DNA from: Octopus sinensis
Taxonomy: Eukaryota
Reading direction: 5' to 3'
Assembly: GCF_006345805.1 (NCBI RefSeq)
Contig: NC_042998.1
Span: 14,012,001 to 14,076,000, forward strand
DNA: 64,000 nucleotides
Numbering within the stretch: position 1 is the first letter of the stretch; each line of letters opens with the position of its first letter. Below, piece after piece: positions 14,660-27,165 of the stretch. Below the pieces are notes generated by a model, which was not told where the DNA came from, searched no databases, and saw nothing but the letters and a program-made list of their open reading frames with translations. The position numbers were made by a program, and so were the translations under genes.

Positions 14660-15467
14660 CAATATGGCAGCAAGCTTACTTACCGACCATACGGTTTTGA
14701 ATCAGTCTAATCCCGTGCTACTTTGGGCAAGTATTTCTCACTACAGCCTGCATCAGGCCAAAGTCTTGTGAGAGAATTTGGTAGACGGAAACCAAAAGCA
14801 GCGCGTTGTGTACATATTTAGTGTGTGTGTGTGTGTGTGTGCGTCTCTTTTTATGTTAATGTGTCTTTATATCAGTGTTTGTCTTTCTGAACTAGCTTGA
14901 CACCCTGTGCTCCTGTTAAGTACTTACTAGCAGTATCGCCCGGCGTTGCTCAGGTTTGTAAGGGAAATAACTATAAAGCATTTTTAGAGAGTTATAGCCA
15001 AAAAATAGCAAAAAGATGGAAAAAATGATGGTAAATTTTTTTTTGAGAGTAAAAAAAGGTGGAGTTGCGTCCCCTAGACAGTTTGCGGTTTGTGTTTCTG
15101 ATTCTCGACCCATGTCGAATTTATCGATTTTTTTCAGAACTGGGGGAACTTTTCAAAATTTTCGCTGCGTTAGTTTTGAATTATGACATTGGGCTATGTG
15201 TGTGTCAAGTTTCATCAGAATCGGTTGAAAGCCGTGGTCAGGGTGAGGGTACAAGAAAACAGACACACAGAAACACGCACAGACAAACTGCCGTTTATAT
15301 ATAGAGAGATAACTCAGTGGTTCTCAATACAGTCTTATAGCGTAAGCATCAGATATAGAATTCAAAATAAATACTGAGGTCTCTTGTTTCGATAAAAACA
15401 AAATGTTCTTCTATATGGTGCCCCAACATTGCCGCAGCCCAATAACTGAAACAAGTAACGGATAAAA
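14660..15467 (+). mobile_element. Old SINE type C interrupted by a Helitron
   Basis: The 5' half (ttgggcaagt, atttggtagacggaaac) lies before 14926 and the 3' end (gccgcagcccaataactgaaacaagtaa) lies at about 15430-15467. Confidence 0.7.
14927..15309 (-). mobile_element. Non-autonomous Helitron-like element
   Basis: On the minus strand it starts 5'-TC and ends CTAG-3', sits between A and T with no TSD, and has a GC-rich subterminal segment (gagcaacgccgggcgatactgctag) next to the 3' end. Confidence 0.75.
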
Positions 15468-15599
15468 GTTATATCAGTAGATATCTATTGTTACATAATC
15501 CCGTTTACAACCTCAACCTCTAAGAGAGTTCAGAGTTATGTACAACTGTTGATATACAGATGGGTGCAAGCATAATGCTCTAGTGATGAGTTTCCTTTC

Positions 15600-15995
15600 A
15601 CAATCTCTTGTGTCTTCTTTTAGTATCACTGATCAATATTTTCACTACGTCTGCATTTCATATAATGTTATGTTGACGGCATATCTTTTGTATATTTTCA
15701 GAGAAGCCTTTGACATAGGGTAAACAGATTGTGTTCAGTTTATGGATTTCGTCCTCTCTCCTCTTCCTCATTGGAGTAGTTGTTGCATAGCAAATTGTTT
15801 CTTAACCTGATCATTTCTTCCTGGTGTGAATCAGGATCGCTGCTTATAATCTTTGCTCGATGTTTTTGGCACCGAGCAATTCCTCTCTTTATACTCTATG
15901 GACGGTGGGAATTGAAGTTGAGGTATAGTCCAGTGAAGGTAGGGTTCCGTTATACGGATGCCCTGGACCCGTACTCAGGACGTGTTATTAATACG
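15600..15995 (-). pseudogene. Penelope-like element, RT C-terminal/thumb fragment
   Basis: Minus-strand translation: VLITRPEYGSRASV*RNPTFTGLYLNFNSHRP*SIKRGIARCQKHRAKIISSD, then after a frameshift TICLPYVKGFSENIQKICRQHNI. These match the PLE motifs VYRKPT..YLNF.S.HP and LPYVKG. Confidence 0.8.
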
Positions 15996-18599
15996 TTCAG
16001 GAGAATGTCCAAGTACTACTAGATGTTGTGTACTCATAAAGCCATCCATGCAGTTCACAGTGTAAAAGTAAAAGAACAATCAGCTGGAATTCCATCGAAC
16101 ATATGCTGCTTCCTCATTACTTATTTGAGGTTAAGCAACAAATTCAATTATAACATGAGAATATCCTTCCATGAATACATTCTGTATATCAAGTCTAAAA
16201 CAGTATAGTTTTCTACTTAAAGGTTCGAGTTCTTAGTCGATCATTATCGTATATATTCCTGGTCAAAATAATGGTCAGTCTTCTCGGTTTACATAAAATT
16301 ACTCCAAGTAAATCGATTGAATTTGAAGAATAAATGCTCTTCTTTTTATATATAAATAGGATTTCTTCGAATAGATCGATTGTAATAACAGAGTAAATCA
16401 AATATCATTTATATATTTTTATATATTTTATTAACTTACGTATTTGTTATTATTTCAGTATTATTCAGATATTGTTTCTAATTTAGACACAAGGCCAACC
16501 ATTTGCAGGTAAGGGTATTAGTCGATACCATGAAAATTGGACATTTAAAGCACTTAAGCTTGCGTGTATCACGAAGAGAGGAAGTGACTGTCACGCTCTT
16601 TGTAGAATGTCATACAGCAGCGAAATTATTTTATGATCAAAAACCACTGTCAGAAAACCTATTAGAAAAATATAGTTACTGTGTGCGATTCAAAGGCTGA
16701 CATATCTTTCAAGACATTATTACATTATACAAATACTGCATCATACACTATAGGGTTGATTGAGTGCATCAAGGAGTAGGTGACGTTTTAAACATTAAGT
16801 GCAAGAATATGAAACAATGGAGCAAAAAAGATATCCAATTGTTTCTCCATGTCTTTTACTGAGATTTTGCCAAACAGGTGTATTCATATTTTTGAATGGG
16901 AAATCATTGTTTTGAAACAGAGCTATTGAAGACAAGTGATATCTGCCACTATATACTTCACAGTTGTGTGATATCTTTTCAAGGCTAGAGTGTTTTCTAT
17001 TTCTGATATGATAGCTATTATTACATGCTCACTTATGTGATATCCATAGCAGATCATTTATATTTTTAAGGACACTTTATATCGGTATATGCTTGAGAGC
17101 AAAGACCTGTATAGTATTAAATTTATATATTCCAGACAATCGGTTTCATATTATTAAATGTATTATTTAATTATATTTATATATTTTAATGTGATGTATA
17201 ATGTTTAATAGAATTTAAAGATTTGCACCTTGTGTGATTCAAACAATAGTTTTGCAAAGAATTATCTGTCTAAAGCATTATTAAAACTCTTTTGTAACTA
17301 AAGCATTCTCAGTGTTATTGAAAATTCTATATTTTATTTATAATAACCATATGTTGTATTCAATATGAAATGTCTCTTATGTATTATTGCTATCAGATTA
17401 TTAAGTAGAGAGAATTTTGTGGAACACGTATTCGCTATAAAATGTGGTATGTATTGAAAAATATTAGTAGCAATTTATGTAAACAGTGGACAACCGATGT
17501 TAGGAAAAATTACGGTGGATCATACGCTTTTCAGTACTTGGTATATACTAATATCATCGATCCAGAAATAGAAATGAAACATCAATGTTGTGGGACTTGA
17601 TCGATACACAGGTATATATTTAAATGCTGCAAAATACATAGTCAAGCTTTGTACTATTTCCGCTTTCCATATTTTCTAAGAAACTCCAAGTTAATTGTGG
17701 AAGGGTTCGTTGAATAATTTGACATTTAATTCATAGACTTACTCGTTGATATCTGAATGATATCAATGGGAAAATGGTATCCGTCTGAATATGAACCTAA
17801 TGGAAAACAAATGCATGCAAAGTTGCTATGTTATCTATGACGATGCAAATATTCTCAAACAACATCGCATTATTTTCATCATTAAATGTTTCCAATTTAG
17901 AGAGTAGACAAGAAATCTCTGAGGAGCAGGATTGTTGATTATATCGACTGAAACAGTTTTATATTATATTTTCCTACCTTTGAAAGGATGAAAAATTGAG
18001 CTCGAAACTTTTAATCCGAAATTAAATCTCACAAGACAATTTCTCAGGCACGCTAATGATTCTCCGAATCACCAGACTGTTTCAGTATGTTAGGCTAGCA
18101 TTTTTGGAGGAAGGGGTTAATCAACGGAATCGATCCCAGTATATGAGACACGTCTTTTATTGACCCAGGTGAGAGGAAAAGTAAAGTTGATGTTGGCAAG
18201 ATTAGAACACATTAGGTTAAAGTAAAAAAAAAATACTGCAGTAAAAAGAAGAAAAATGCTGGTTTGCCTAATCACCAGTCTCCTTTGACAAAAATGAAAT
18301 ATTGAAAAATTAAAACCACTAAGTTTGTGAGCCACGTATGAGATCTGAAGGCCAACTGCATAGCACGTAAAATCAAGTGCAGATTCAGAAATCTATGCTA
18401 TATATATATAAATGGATCAAATAAATGCAAGCTAATCTGGATTGTCCCTTATTCATGTAAAATATAAAGAGCTTGTAGAATCAGGGTTTGTAAGGGGTAT
18501 TTGCTTTGGTATTTTTTGATTTTAGATCCAATAATTCCACCCCACTACTTAATTCCACTTGATGCGATCTTTAGACAGCAATTTGCGTGTCATTGTGTA

Positions 18600-19300
18600 T
18601 AGTCGTCCTGCACGTGCTGCATCTTCGTTTTGCAGTGCTTCTCCCTTCTTTGTCGATTTTTGCGATAGCTGAACCGAAGGAACAGTGTCCTTCTGTGAAA
18701 GTGTTTTCTACTGGGGAAAACGGCTGTCGAAACAGTTGTCAATGCTTCAGACAGCTGACAAGGATGCTGCCATGAGGAAAACAGAAGTTTACGAGTGTTT
18801 TTCACACTTTAGGAATGGTCACTTGTTGCTTGAAGATGAACCTCGTTCAAGACTAACGAATTAAAACATCATGAAAATTCATGAACTGTTTTTGGAGGAA
18901 CGTCGCTGAACTGTTGACGAAATTTTCGATATGACAGATATATCCTGAAGTTCCTGCAAGCGAAATTTAACTGAGGAATTGCAGATGAAATGAGTTGCAG
19001 CAAACTTTTTGTCTCGCTTACTCACGGAAGATCAAAAGCAGTCACAACTGAATCCATGTCGTGAACTAATAGTACAGTTGGAAGTTGATACCCTTTTTTT
19101 TTTATTTTTCAAGGTCATAACTGGTGACGAAAGGTAGCGCTACGGAATTTGCAGATGTAGAAAAGATGACGAAATAAACAACGTTGTTGTTAAGAGGTAT
19201 CACGTCGAATAGTTACAGCATAGCTTCGAGCAGCGAAAAATGTGTCTGAACCGTTGCATTGCTGCAACTGAAGAATATTTTGAAAGAGAAAAAAGTGTAA
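18600..19300 (+). mobile_element. Decayed, internally deleted mariner transposase
   Basis: Fragments LGKTAVETV, MLQTADKDAAMRKTEVYECFSHFRNGHLLLEDEPRS, KVITGDE and C-terminal [13 protein letters not shown], with stops and frameshifts. Confidence 0.85.
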
Positions 19301-19332
19301 ACATGTAAAACCAAGTGGATAAAAGGATATTG

Positions 19333-19473
<141 letters not shown>

Positions 19474-19476
19474 TAG

Positions 19477-19786
19477 GTGGAGGCGCAATGGCCTAGTGGT
19501 TAGGGCAGCGGACTCGCGGTTGTAGGATCGCGGTTTCGATTCCCAGACCGGGTGTTATGAGTGTTAATTAAGCGAAAACCCCTAAAAGCTCCACGAGGCT
19601 CCGGCAGGGGGTGGTGGCGATCCCTGCTGTACTCTTTCGCCACAACTTCCTCTCACTCTTTCTTCTGTTGGCCTGCTCGCTTAGCCAGCGGGGTGGCATC
19701 ATTTGAAGGCTTAAACAATGTGAAACGCATTGTGACCAGCGATGTGTAGCAACATCTGATTGCTTGGTCCGTCACGGTGATCACGA

Positions 19787-19789
<3 letters not shown>
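19477..19789 (+). mobile_element. tRNA-derived SINE type E, full length
   Basis: A box TGGCCTAGTGG and B box GGTTTCGATTCCC; homologous to 3597-3816 and to the head and body of 36796-37187. Confidence 0.9.
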
Positions 19790-19829
<40 letters not shown>

Positions 19830-19836
19830 ATGTATG

Positions 19837-19875
<39 letters not shown>

Positions 19876-20333
19876 GACATTTTACGATCCACAAAGAACA
19901 CAGCTTAACTGCAGCTTTTCGAGGTCCAGATCGGATATGGAATCTTTCAAAATATTGCCTGGTTTATAAAGCCACATCAGATACTATGAATGGTTCGAAG
20001 ACATAGATGCAGGAGGTGCTCAAACTCTGCATAAGGAGTAGACAACCACCACATATCACACAAAAAAAATCAGGGAACTGCATTCAGTAATGTTCTATAA
20101 CGATAAATACATGATCGAAACATTCGCGTGCCTTTTAAGAGTGGCATTAAAGGAATTTAACAGTTTTGTCTTTGTAATTCCGAATCGGAATTAACTGATA
20201 TCGTTAGAGATACCGCTTTAGATACATCTTATTCAATGAAAGCTCATCTCCACGGAATGTTTACTTTTTATGTCTAGCATAATCTCAGTTTAATGCAGAT
20301 TTTGAAAAAAAAACTATATTGCGCAAGTGATTT

Positions 20334-20378
<45 letters not shown>

Positions 20379-20739
20379 ATATATAATATATATATGTATG
20401 TATGTATGTATATATATATATATATATATATACGAGTATATATGTGCGTGTGTATGTATGTATAAATTGTATATACATATATACATATTACATTGTAAAT
20501 ATATATATAATACATGTGTGCGAGTGTTTGTATGTGTACGTGTGTATGTGTATGTGAGTGATTGCGCTCATACCTGATGGTTTCCATGCATCGATATCTA
20601 GAGAATTTCTGCTTCCATTATATTTATAAGCATTTACCTTCGAAAAAAAACTGCTAAACTCGTTTTCCATTTTATGTAAAAGCTGCAAAAAACTGAAATC
20701 TTTTCACGTTTTTTTCTCGTGTTTCAAGATGGCTGTTAT

Positions 20740-20913
20740 CACAATCACCACCCACTACATACACCACCCACTACATACACCACCCTCCACAACTACCACC
20801 ACCACCACCACCACTACCAACACCATCACTGTCGTCATCATCATCGTCGTTGTCATTTTCATCATCATTATCATCTTTTTCGTCGTAATCGTCATTATCA
20901 TCTTCATCGTAAC

Positions 20914-20946
<33 letters not shown>

Positions 20947-21000
20947 CTTCACCCTCCTCATCATCATCGCCGTGGTCACCAGCTTCATATTCGTCATTTT
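20740..21000. repeat. Compound (CAC/CAT)n trinucleotide tract
   Basis: Directly visible; the poly-His/Thr/Ile ORFs are artefacts. Confidence 0.9.
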
Positions 21001-21384
21001 CCTCGTCAAGTCGTTATAACAGAAAGTGTTTTTTTTTTTTTACAGTATTTATCAAAAGGAGTAAAAATGCAAAAAAAGTGATAGAAATGAAACGTTTCGT
21101 TTATTGCATAACTTCTGATAAAATATTTGCTCTGAAATTTAATGTTTGCATGTTTTCCTATCTAATACAATATTCGAAATTAATATAAATGCTCAGATTG
21201 AAATATTTACACACATACACACGTCATATACACCACAACTCGATACACACACCTATATACATACACCCACAAACGCATACACACGCACACTCACACTCAC
21301 ACTCAAACAAGCACACACATACGCGAACGCTTATCCAATCATGTTAAAATATTTATGTATGAATATGTATATATATATATATAT

Positions 21385-21441
<57 letters not shown>

Positions 21442-21679
21442 CAGACATATATAGATATAGATATACACATATATAAAAATATATGCATATATATTTATGT
21501 ATATATATATGTGTGCGTAAGTGTGTGTGTATATATATAACATAAAGGTGTCAAATCATATAAATACATACATATACACACACACACGCACATATATATA
21601 TATATAATATATATATATATTGTTGGATCGTTAGCCCCTACACGCAATTTTTTTTCTCTCCTTGTTTCTTTTCTGTGTA

Positions 21680-21717
21680 TCTTTCTGTCGAAGAGCGTAG
21701 GCTCGAAACGTAAAAGA
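21680..21717 (+). ncRNA. Minimal type I hammerhead-like motif with variant core, in a short repeat at about 21620-21812
   Basis: UCUUU CUGUCGA A GAGC-GUAG-GCUC GAA ACGU A/AAAGA: stem I 5 bp, stem II 4 bp, palindromic ACGU stem III; A6 is replaced by U. Confidence 0.55.
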
Positions 21718-21810
21718 CTTATTTTATTTCTATTCCTGAGCACCATACTGATAGATTGTTTGTTTGTACTCCACCTACCTTCGTCTTCTGTTTATTTTCG
21801 TAAACCTTCC

Positions 21811-21897
<87 letters not shown>

Positions 21898-21904
21898 GCC
21901 TCTG

Positions 21905-21960
21905 CATATGACTTCTGGTCCACCATCTTCTACCTAGATCAATTTGAACCCTTGAACCTG
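21905..21960 (+). pseudogene. Possible remnant of a Tc1/maT-type transposase motif
   Basis: ttctggtccaccatcttctacctagatcaatttgaacccttg reads FWPPSSPDLNPL only after allowing several indels. Confidence 0.3.
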
Positions 21961-22462
21961 TCATTGCAGTCATGAAATCTTACACCGCACGGGGTAAAAT
22001 ATTGATGCTTGAGAGCTGGGGTATGTATTTCGCAGACCTCCTCAAAGACTAAAACCAAATGATCACAGTGAATAGAAAAATATCCGCGCAATCCTTCTTA
22101 TTCTTTGGATTCCTACAACGTGTGGTTCTATATCCTGTATCGTAATTACAAACTTCGTTAATCAACATACCTGAACTAAAATTTTGCAGTACACTCAAAA
22201 TTATTGCTTGAGTTTAGTGGGGGGAATCATCTACTTTTTCACTGGAGATAGACTGATACGTTATTTACAACTAAGCGAATTATAGTACACCAAAAAAGCG
22301 TATGATTTGCCTTACTGTAAGCGGATCCTACATAAAGAGGCTCAAAATATTAAATCTCTGAAAACATCATAGACGTAGTTAGAAATATGTCTCTACAGAT
22401 ATATTTCTCACAGCGTTTTCTCGGCCTGGTAGCAATCTGTTTAGTAGTTCATTGCTTTGTGA

Positions 22463-22790
22463 AGGAGCATGGAGTAATGGTTAGGGATATTCGACTCAAG
22501 ATTTTAACGTCCTCAGTTCGATTCTCGACAGCCCCTTGTGCCTTGAACTTGATACTTTATTTCACCTTTCTCTAGTCCCTTTAGCTGGTGAAAATTAGTT
22601 GTGTCTGTAATTCAAAGGAATAGCTTTGTCACATTCTGTGTTTCGGTCATTCCTCTGACAACTAAATTAAGGGTAGGCGTGTCTGTTGAGTGGTCAGCCA
22701 CTTTCATACCCATTTCATAAGCATAAGTTGATCTTATTAACTGGAACAATCGAAATCGTAACCGAAGGAGAGCGGAGTTAAGTACTTTGT
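22463..22790 (+). mobile_element. Old SINE type D
   Basis: Degenerate match to 9353-9677 (actttatttcac, tttgtcacattctgtgt, gtcagccact). Confidence 0.65.
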
Positions 22791-22843
22791 GGCTCGTACT
22801 AATTACATCCACTTCAAGTAACCAGACAGTATATTCACGCTTT

Positions 22844-23601
22844 GAAGCGGCAAGCTGGCAGACACGTTAGCACGCCGGGCGAAATGCGTAGCCGTATTTC
22901 GTCTGTCGTTACGTTCTGAGTTCAAATTCCGCCGAGGTCGACTTTGTCTTTCATCCTTTCGGGGTCGATAAATTAAGTACCAGTTATGCACTGGAGTCGA
23001 TATAATCGACTTAACCCGATTGTCTGTCCTTGTTTGTCCCCTCTATGTTTAGCCCCTTGTGGGTAATAAAGAAATAGGTATTTCGTCTGCCGCTACCTTC
23101 TGAGTTCAAATTCAGCCGAGGTCGACTTTGCCTTTTCAATCCTTTCGGGGTCGATAAATTAAGTACCAGTTACGCACTGGGGTCAATGTAACCGACTTAA
23201 TCTGTTTGTCTGTCCTTGTTTGTCCCCTCTGTGTTTAGCCCTTTTTGGGTAGTAAAGAAATAGGTATTTCGTCTGTCGCTACGTTCTGAGTTCAAATTCA
23301 GCCGACGTCGACTTTGCCTTTTCATCATTTCGGGGTCGATAAATTAAGTACCAGTTACGCACTGGGGTCAATGTAATCGACTTAATCCGTTTATCTGTCC
23401 TCGTTTGTTCCGTCTGTGTTTAGCCCCTTGTTGGTATTTCGTCTGTCGCTACGTTCTGAGTTCAAATTCAGCTGAGATCGACTTTGCCTTTCATCATTTC
23501 GGGGTCGATGAATTAAGTACCAGTTACGTACTGGTACGATCTAATCGACTGACCCCTTCCCCAAACTTTCGGACCTTGTGCCTAGAATAGAAAATATTAT
23601 T
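22844..23601 (+). mobile_element. Head-to-tail array of SINE B/A units (about 4 units of 170-186 bp)
   Basis: gtatttcgtctg recurs at 22894, 23078, 23264 and 23434. The first unit carries the tRNA-like head and the last ends in the type A tail. Confidence 0.92.
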
Positions 23602-23769
23602 TTCACACCTTATAACCTTCTGTCCTTCGCACTTTGGGATATTACACGGAATATGAAAAGCGGTTGCCCAAGCCTCACCTAAACACTAAACAATTTGTCC
23701 AAAACAACTCTTGAGAAGCCCTCAGTGAAAATAATTGAATACAAGATACATTATTTTTTTCAATTTGAA

Positions 23770-24068
23770 TCTCTTGCTGGCTTCAGTCATTAGACTATGG
23801 CCATACTGGGGCATCACCTTGGACATTTTGGAGTCGAATAAATCAACCTTAGTAATGATACAAACACAAACATAAAGTCACACACACATACACGCATACA
23901 TACATACACAACGGGCTTCTTGTAGCTTCATTTTACCAAATCCACTCGTTCGGCTTTGGTTGGCCTCAGGCTATAGTAGAATACACTTGTCCAAGATACC
24001 ACGCAGTGGGACTGTACCTGAAACCATGTAGTTGGGAAGTAAACTGCTTACCACACAGCCACGCCTGC
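23770..24068 (-). mobile_element. SINE type C
   Basis: Contains accacgcagtgggactg, ggctatagtagaa and accacacagccacgcc, matching the other C copies. Confidence 0.85.
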
Positions 24069-25645
24069 ACTTACTATGAAATATTTTCGAAAATTTCGTT
24101 GAAAAAATGAATATACAAGAACAATTACCTCTTCTTCAATTTTTTTAATATCAGAAAATAATACAATAGCTTAATGCTTAAAAATATCCATAAATGTACT
24201 TCCATCACACTCGAAATTTACATATTCTGCCAAATGCTTCCGCTGAGACATGTAAAATGTACCTAGATATATTTGCTCGAAACATACTACTAATTTCTAC
24301 AATGCTTCGAACAACATCCACTAACAGATATTTGGAAATGCAACAAAATCTTTTCGCATCTTCCGTACAAGCAGAAGACACATTAAAGACATAACATTCC
24401 AAATTCATGTTGGTACGATGGCATGCTGTTTTCTGTGATGAGTAAGAGAATGTAGAATACCGATAATGGAAATACACACTCACAAATATATCTATCTTGA
24501 TGTATGTGTAGGTGTTCATTCGAAATCTGTTCTATCGTGTGGTTTTCGTGTTAAAATCCCAATATAACTTACTTATATCCATTTGTTTATACAGTCAGAT
24601 AGAAAATTCCATTTTTGTTGTTTGAAGTATTATAAACTAGCTGCCATGACTTTTAGAGAAAATACGAGTTTATCATGTAGTACGAATTGCCATTTATCAC
24701 GAAATAACAATAACAAATAATAATAATCGATTATAATCACAAATTTCCTTACCATTTTATGTATATTTTACCATAATCATTATTTCTTTGTGTGTATGTT
24801 TTTCGAATCTGTATGAATATACATTCACACACAAACGCATACACATACAAATACACACAATTCATATAGACGCTTATGAACTAGGTTTATATACAAATAC
24901 CCACATGCAGACATATACATATGTATTATAAACATGCATACATACACAAACACACACACGGACACACACACACACGGACACACACACACACACACATGCA
25001 CAAACACACACATGCTTGTGGGATTTGTAAGCACAAACGAATGCGTCTATAAAAGTATATTTGTTTGTTTGTATTCGCTTACATTTCTCTTCTAGATGTA
25101 ATTTATATGAGGTTGTGCTTAAGAGTATGCAGATAAATATATGGAGATATGTACAAACTGCCAATTTATAATTCTGTTAATCTGGTTTATTGTATGAGTT
25201 TTTCTTAAGTGTTTGTTTATGAATGTTTATCTCTCATTGCCCGCACACACCCAGTTTCCTCCTCTCCTCTCGCTTTCTCACTGAAAATTTATATATACAT
25301 ACACACTCTAATATTCATACATGTTGACGAGCAGTATATATTACTGATTATAACATATAACGGGGCTGAAAGCTACCATCGGTCTCACAGTGAGTATCCC
25401 AAGTAGGAAATATTGATGACTTGGTATATGTAGTTTCTGAGAAGCTCGATGTTGTAAAATGGAATATGGAACAAAATTAGCAATTCTTCCGGCAGGAAAA
25501 GAAGAGTTATTTCCCCCTGATTGGTCTTTGCCATTAGTATTTAACCTCACCTCTCTCTCTCTCCGTATATATATATATATGTATATAAATTTTTTCGTAA
25601 TGAGATAAAAAAAAAGGCTGTGTAGATTTTAGAACAGTTATAGAT

Positions 25646-25696
25646 AGGTCTTACAGCTGTTTCCAGGATATTTATTATATCCTTCGTCGGAGATGG
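25646..25696 (-). ncRNA. Degenerate minimal hammerhead-like motif
   Basis: Minus strand CCAUCU CCGACGA AGGAUAU-AAUAA-AUAUCCU G GAA ACAGCUGU A/AGA: perfect 7-bp stem II and palindromic stem III; core U4 is changed to C. Confidence 0.4.
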
Positions 25697-25959
25697 TGTG
25701 AGAGGATGGTTAAGAAATACTTAATTTAGATAGGATATCAAATAGAGAGTGCGGTGGAGGAAATAAAAGAAGATATATGTGAGATATGTAGGGATATTGC
25801 ATTTGTAAATCCATATTTTTAGACAGACTGGTATACATATAAGATTCCAATGCCTCATGAGTAAAATCCAAAAGTTTTTTAAATTGGTCTTTACAATTAG
25901 GTCTCGATGACACCATTACCTCTCATAACCTCTCTCTTCCTCTCTCGCTCTCTCTCTCG

Positions 25960-26008
<49 letters not shown>

Positions 26009-26078
26009 GTCTCTCTCTATGTATATATATATTGTCTTTGTGTCTCGGGAAAGTGTTTCTTTTTCTGTGCCTTATTAG

Positions 26079-26357
26079 TTAACACACTCACCGGTTCAGT
26101 TTCGACTCTTTTCCTTCTTTATTTTTTCGAAAATTTTCTTCGCGTCTTCTAACCCTTTCAATAGTCGTTGAACCTGTCCGTTACCCGAGCTGCGTTGCTT
26201 GTGTTTCATATAAACACTTAAGAACTAGAAAAAAGAAAGAAGGCAGCTTGAATAACAGACAGAATCAACGACTATTGAAAGGTTTCCAACACGCGACGAA
26301 TATTTTAGACAAAATAAAGAAGCAAATGAAAGAAAACCGAACCAGTGAGTGTGTTAA
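26079..26357. mobile_element. Foldback/MITE with inverted arms of about 105 bp
   Basis: ttaacacactcaccggttc...cctttcaatagtcgttga (26079-26184) is inverted at 26250-26357. The termini are shared with the 13403-14040 element. Confidence 0.8.
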
Positions 26358-26465
26358 AGAATAAAGTACAATGAGAGAATGACTGTCCAGACACAATATG
26401 CTTCAACATTCGAACACACACACACACACAACTATACATACATACATATATATATTATATATATA

Positions 26466-26524
<59 letters not shown>

Positions 26525-26526
26525 CA

Positions 26527-26745
26527 CACGAGAGATGCTGAAAATTTCCTGGCTTTAAGCGTAAATCAAAAGGGTTGGCTGGAAGCCCAAACTTTCCGGT
26601 TCTTTTACAGGGCTTAGAAAAGCTGGAGGATCACAGGAATAAGAATCAGAATCTGAGAGGGGAATATGTTGAACAAAATCACAATTAACTCATCCTCCTG
26701 TATTTTCTTTAACCCAAAGCCAGGAAAGTTTCAGCACTCACTTAT
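26527..26745 (+). mobile_element. Mariner-derived MITE
   Basis: TIRs tgctgaaaatttcctggcttt / aaagccaggaaagtttcagca; a residual transposase C-terminus reads LEDHRNKNQNLRGEYVEQN. Confidence 0.8.
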
Positions 26746-26984
26746 TCACACAATAAAATTCCAAGTGAATTCAAGGTTAAGTTTCACTGATGTAGTAAAA
26801 TCCGAAAATTAGGTACTGAAAACCATCGTTGGAAGGACCCCCCCCCCACACACACAAACACACACACGCACATACACACACGGTCACAGTTTTCTTCTCT
26901 CCCTTCTCTTTCATTTCCATTCTCTATCTCTCTCTACTTCTCTCATTTAAGGACGAGCCCATTAAAATTAACGACATGAATATT

Positions 26985-27165
26985 ATTTGTGTGTCTGTGT
27001 TTGTCTCCCCAACATCGCTTGACAACCGAAGCTGGTGTGTTTACACTCCCCGTAATCTAGCGGTTCGGCAAAGGATACCGATAGAATAAGTACAATGTTT
27101 ACAAAGAATAATTCCTGGGGTCGACTTGCTCGACTAAAAAAGGCGGTGTTCCAGCATGGCCACAT
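26985..27165 (+). mobile_element. SINE type C, 3' half
   Basis: Contains atcgcttgacaaccga, tagcggttcggcaaa and ccagcatggcc. Confidence 0.85.

Noticed and set aside
16213-16401. Minus ORF with KSIYSSNSIDLLG, faintly like a Gypsy RT segment
   Set aside because: It is a single short motif with no further supporting motifs.
19477-19550. tRNA-like sequences (also at 3597, 9353, 37187, 37659 and 61338)
   Set aside because: They have A and B boxes but imperfect cloverleaves and continue into SINE bodies, so they are not functional tRNA genes.
22894-23601. Regularly spaced repeats resembling a CRISPR array
   Set aside because: The whole unit of about 185 bp is repeated with no unique spacers, the context is eukaryotic and there are no cas genes; it is a SINE array.
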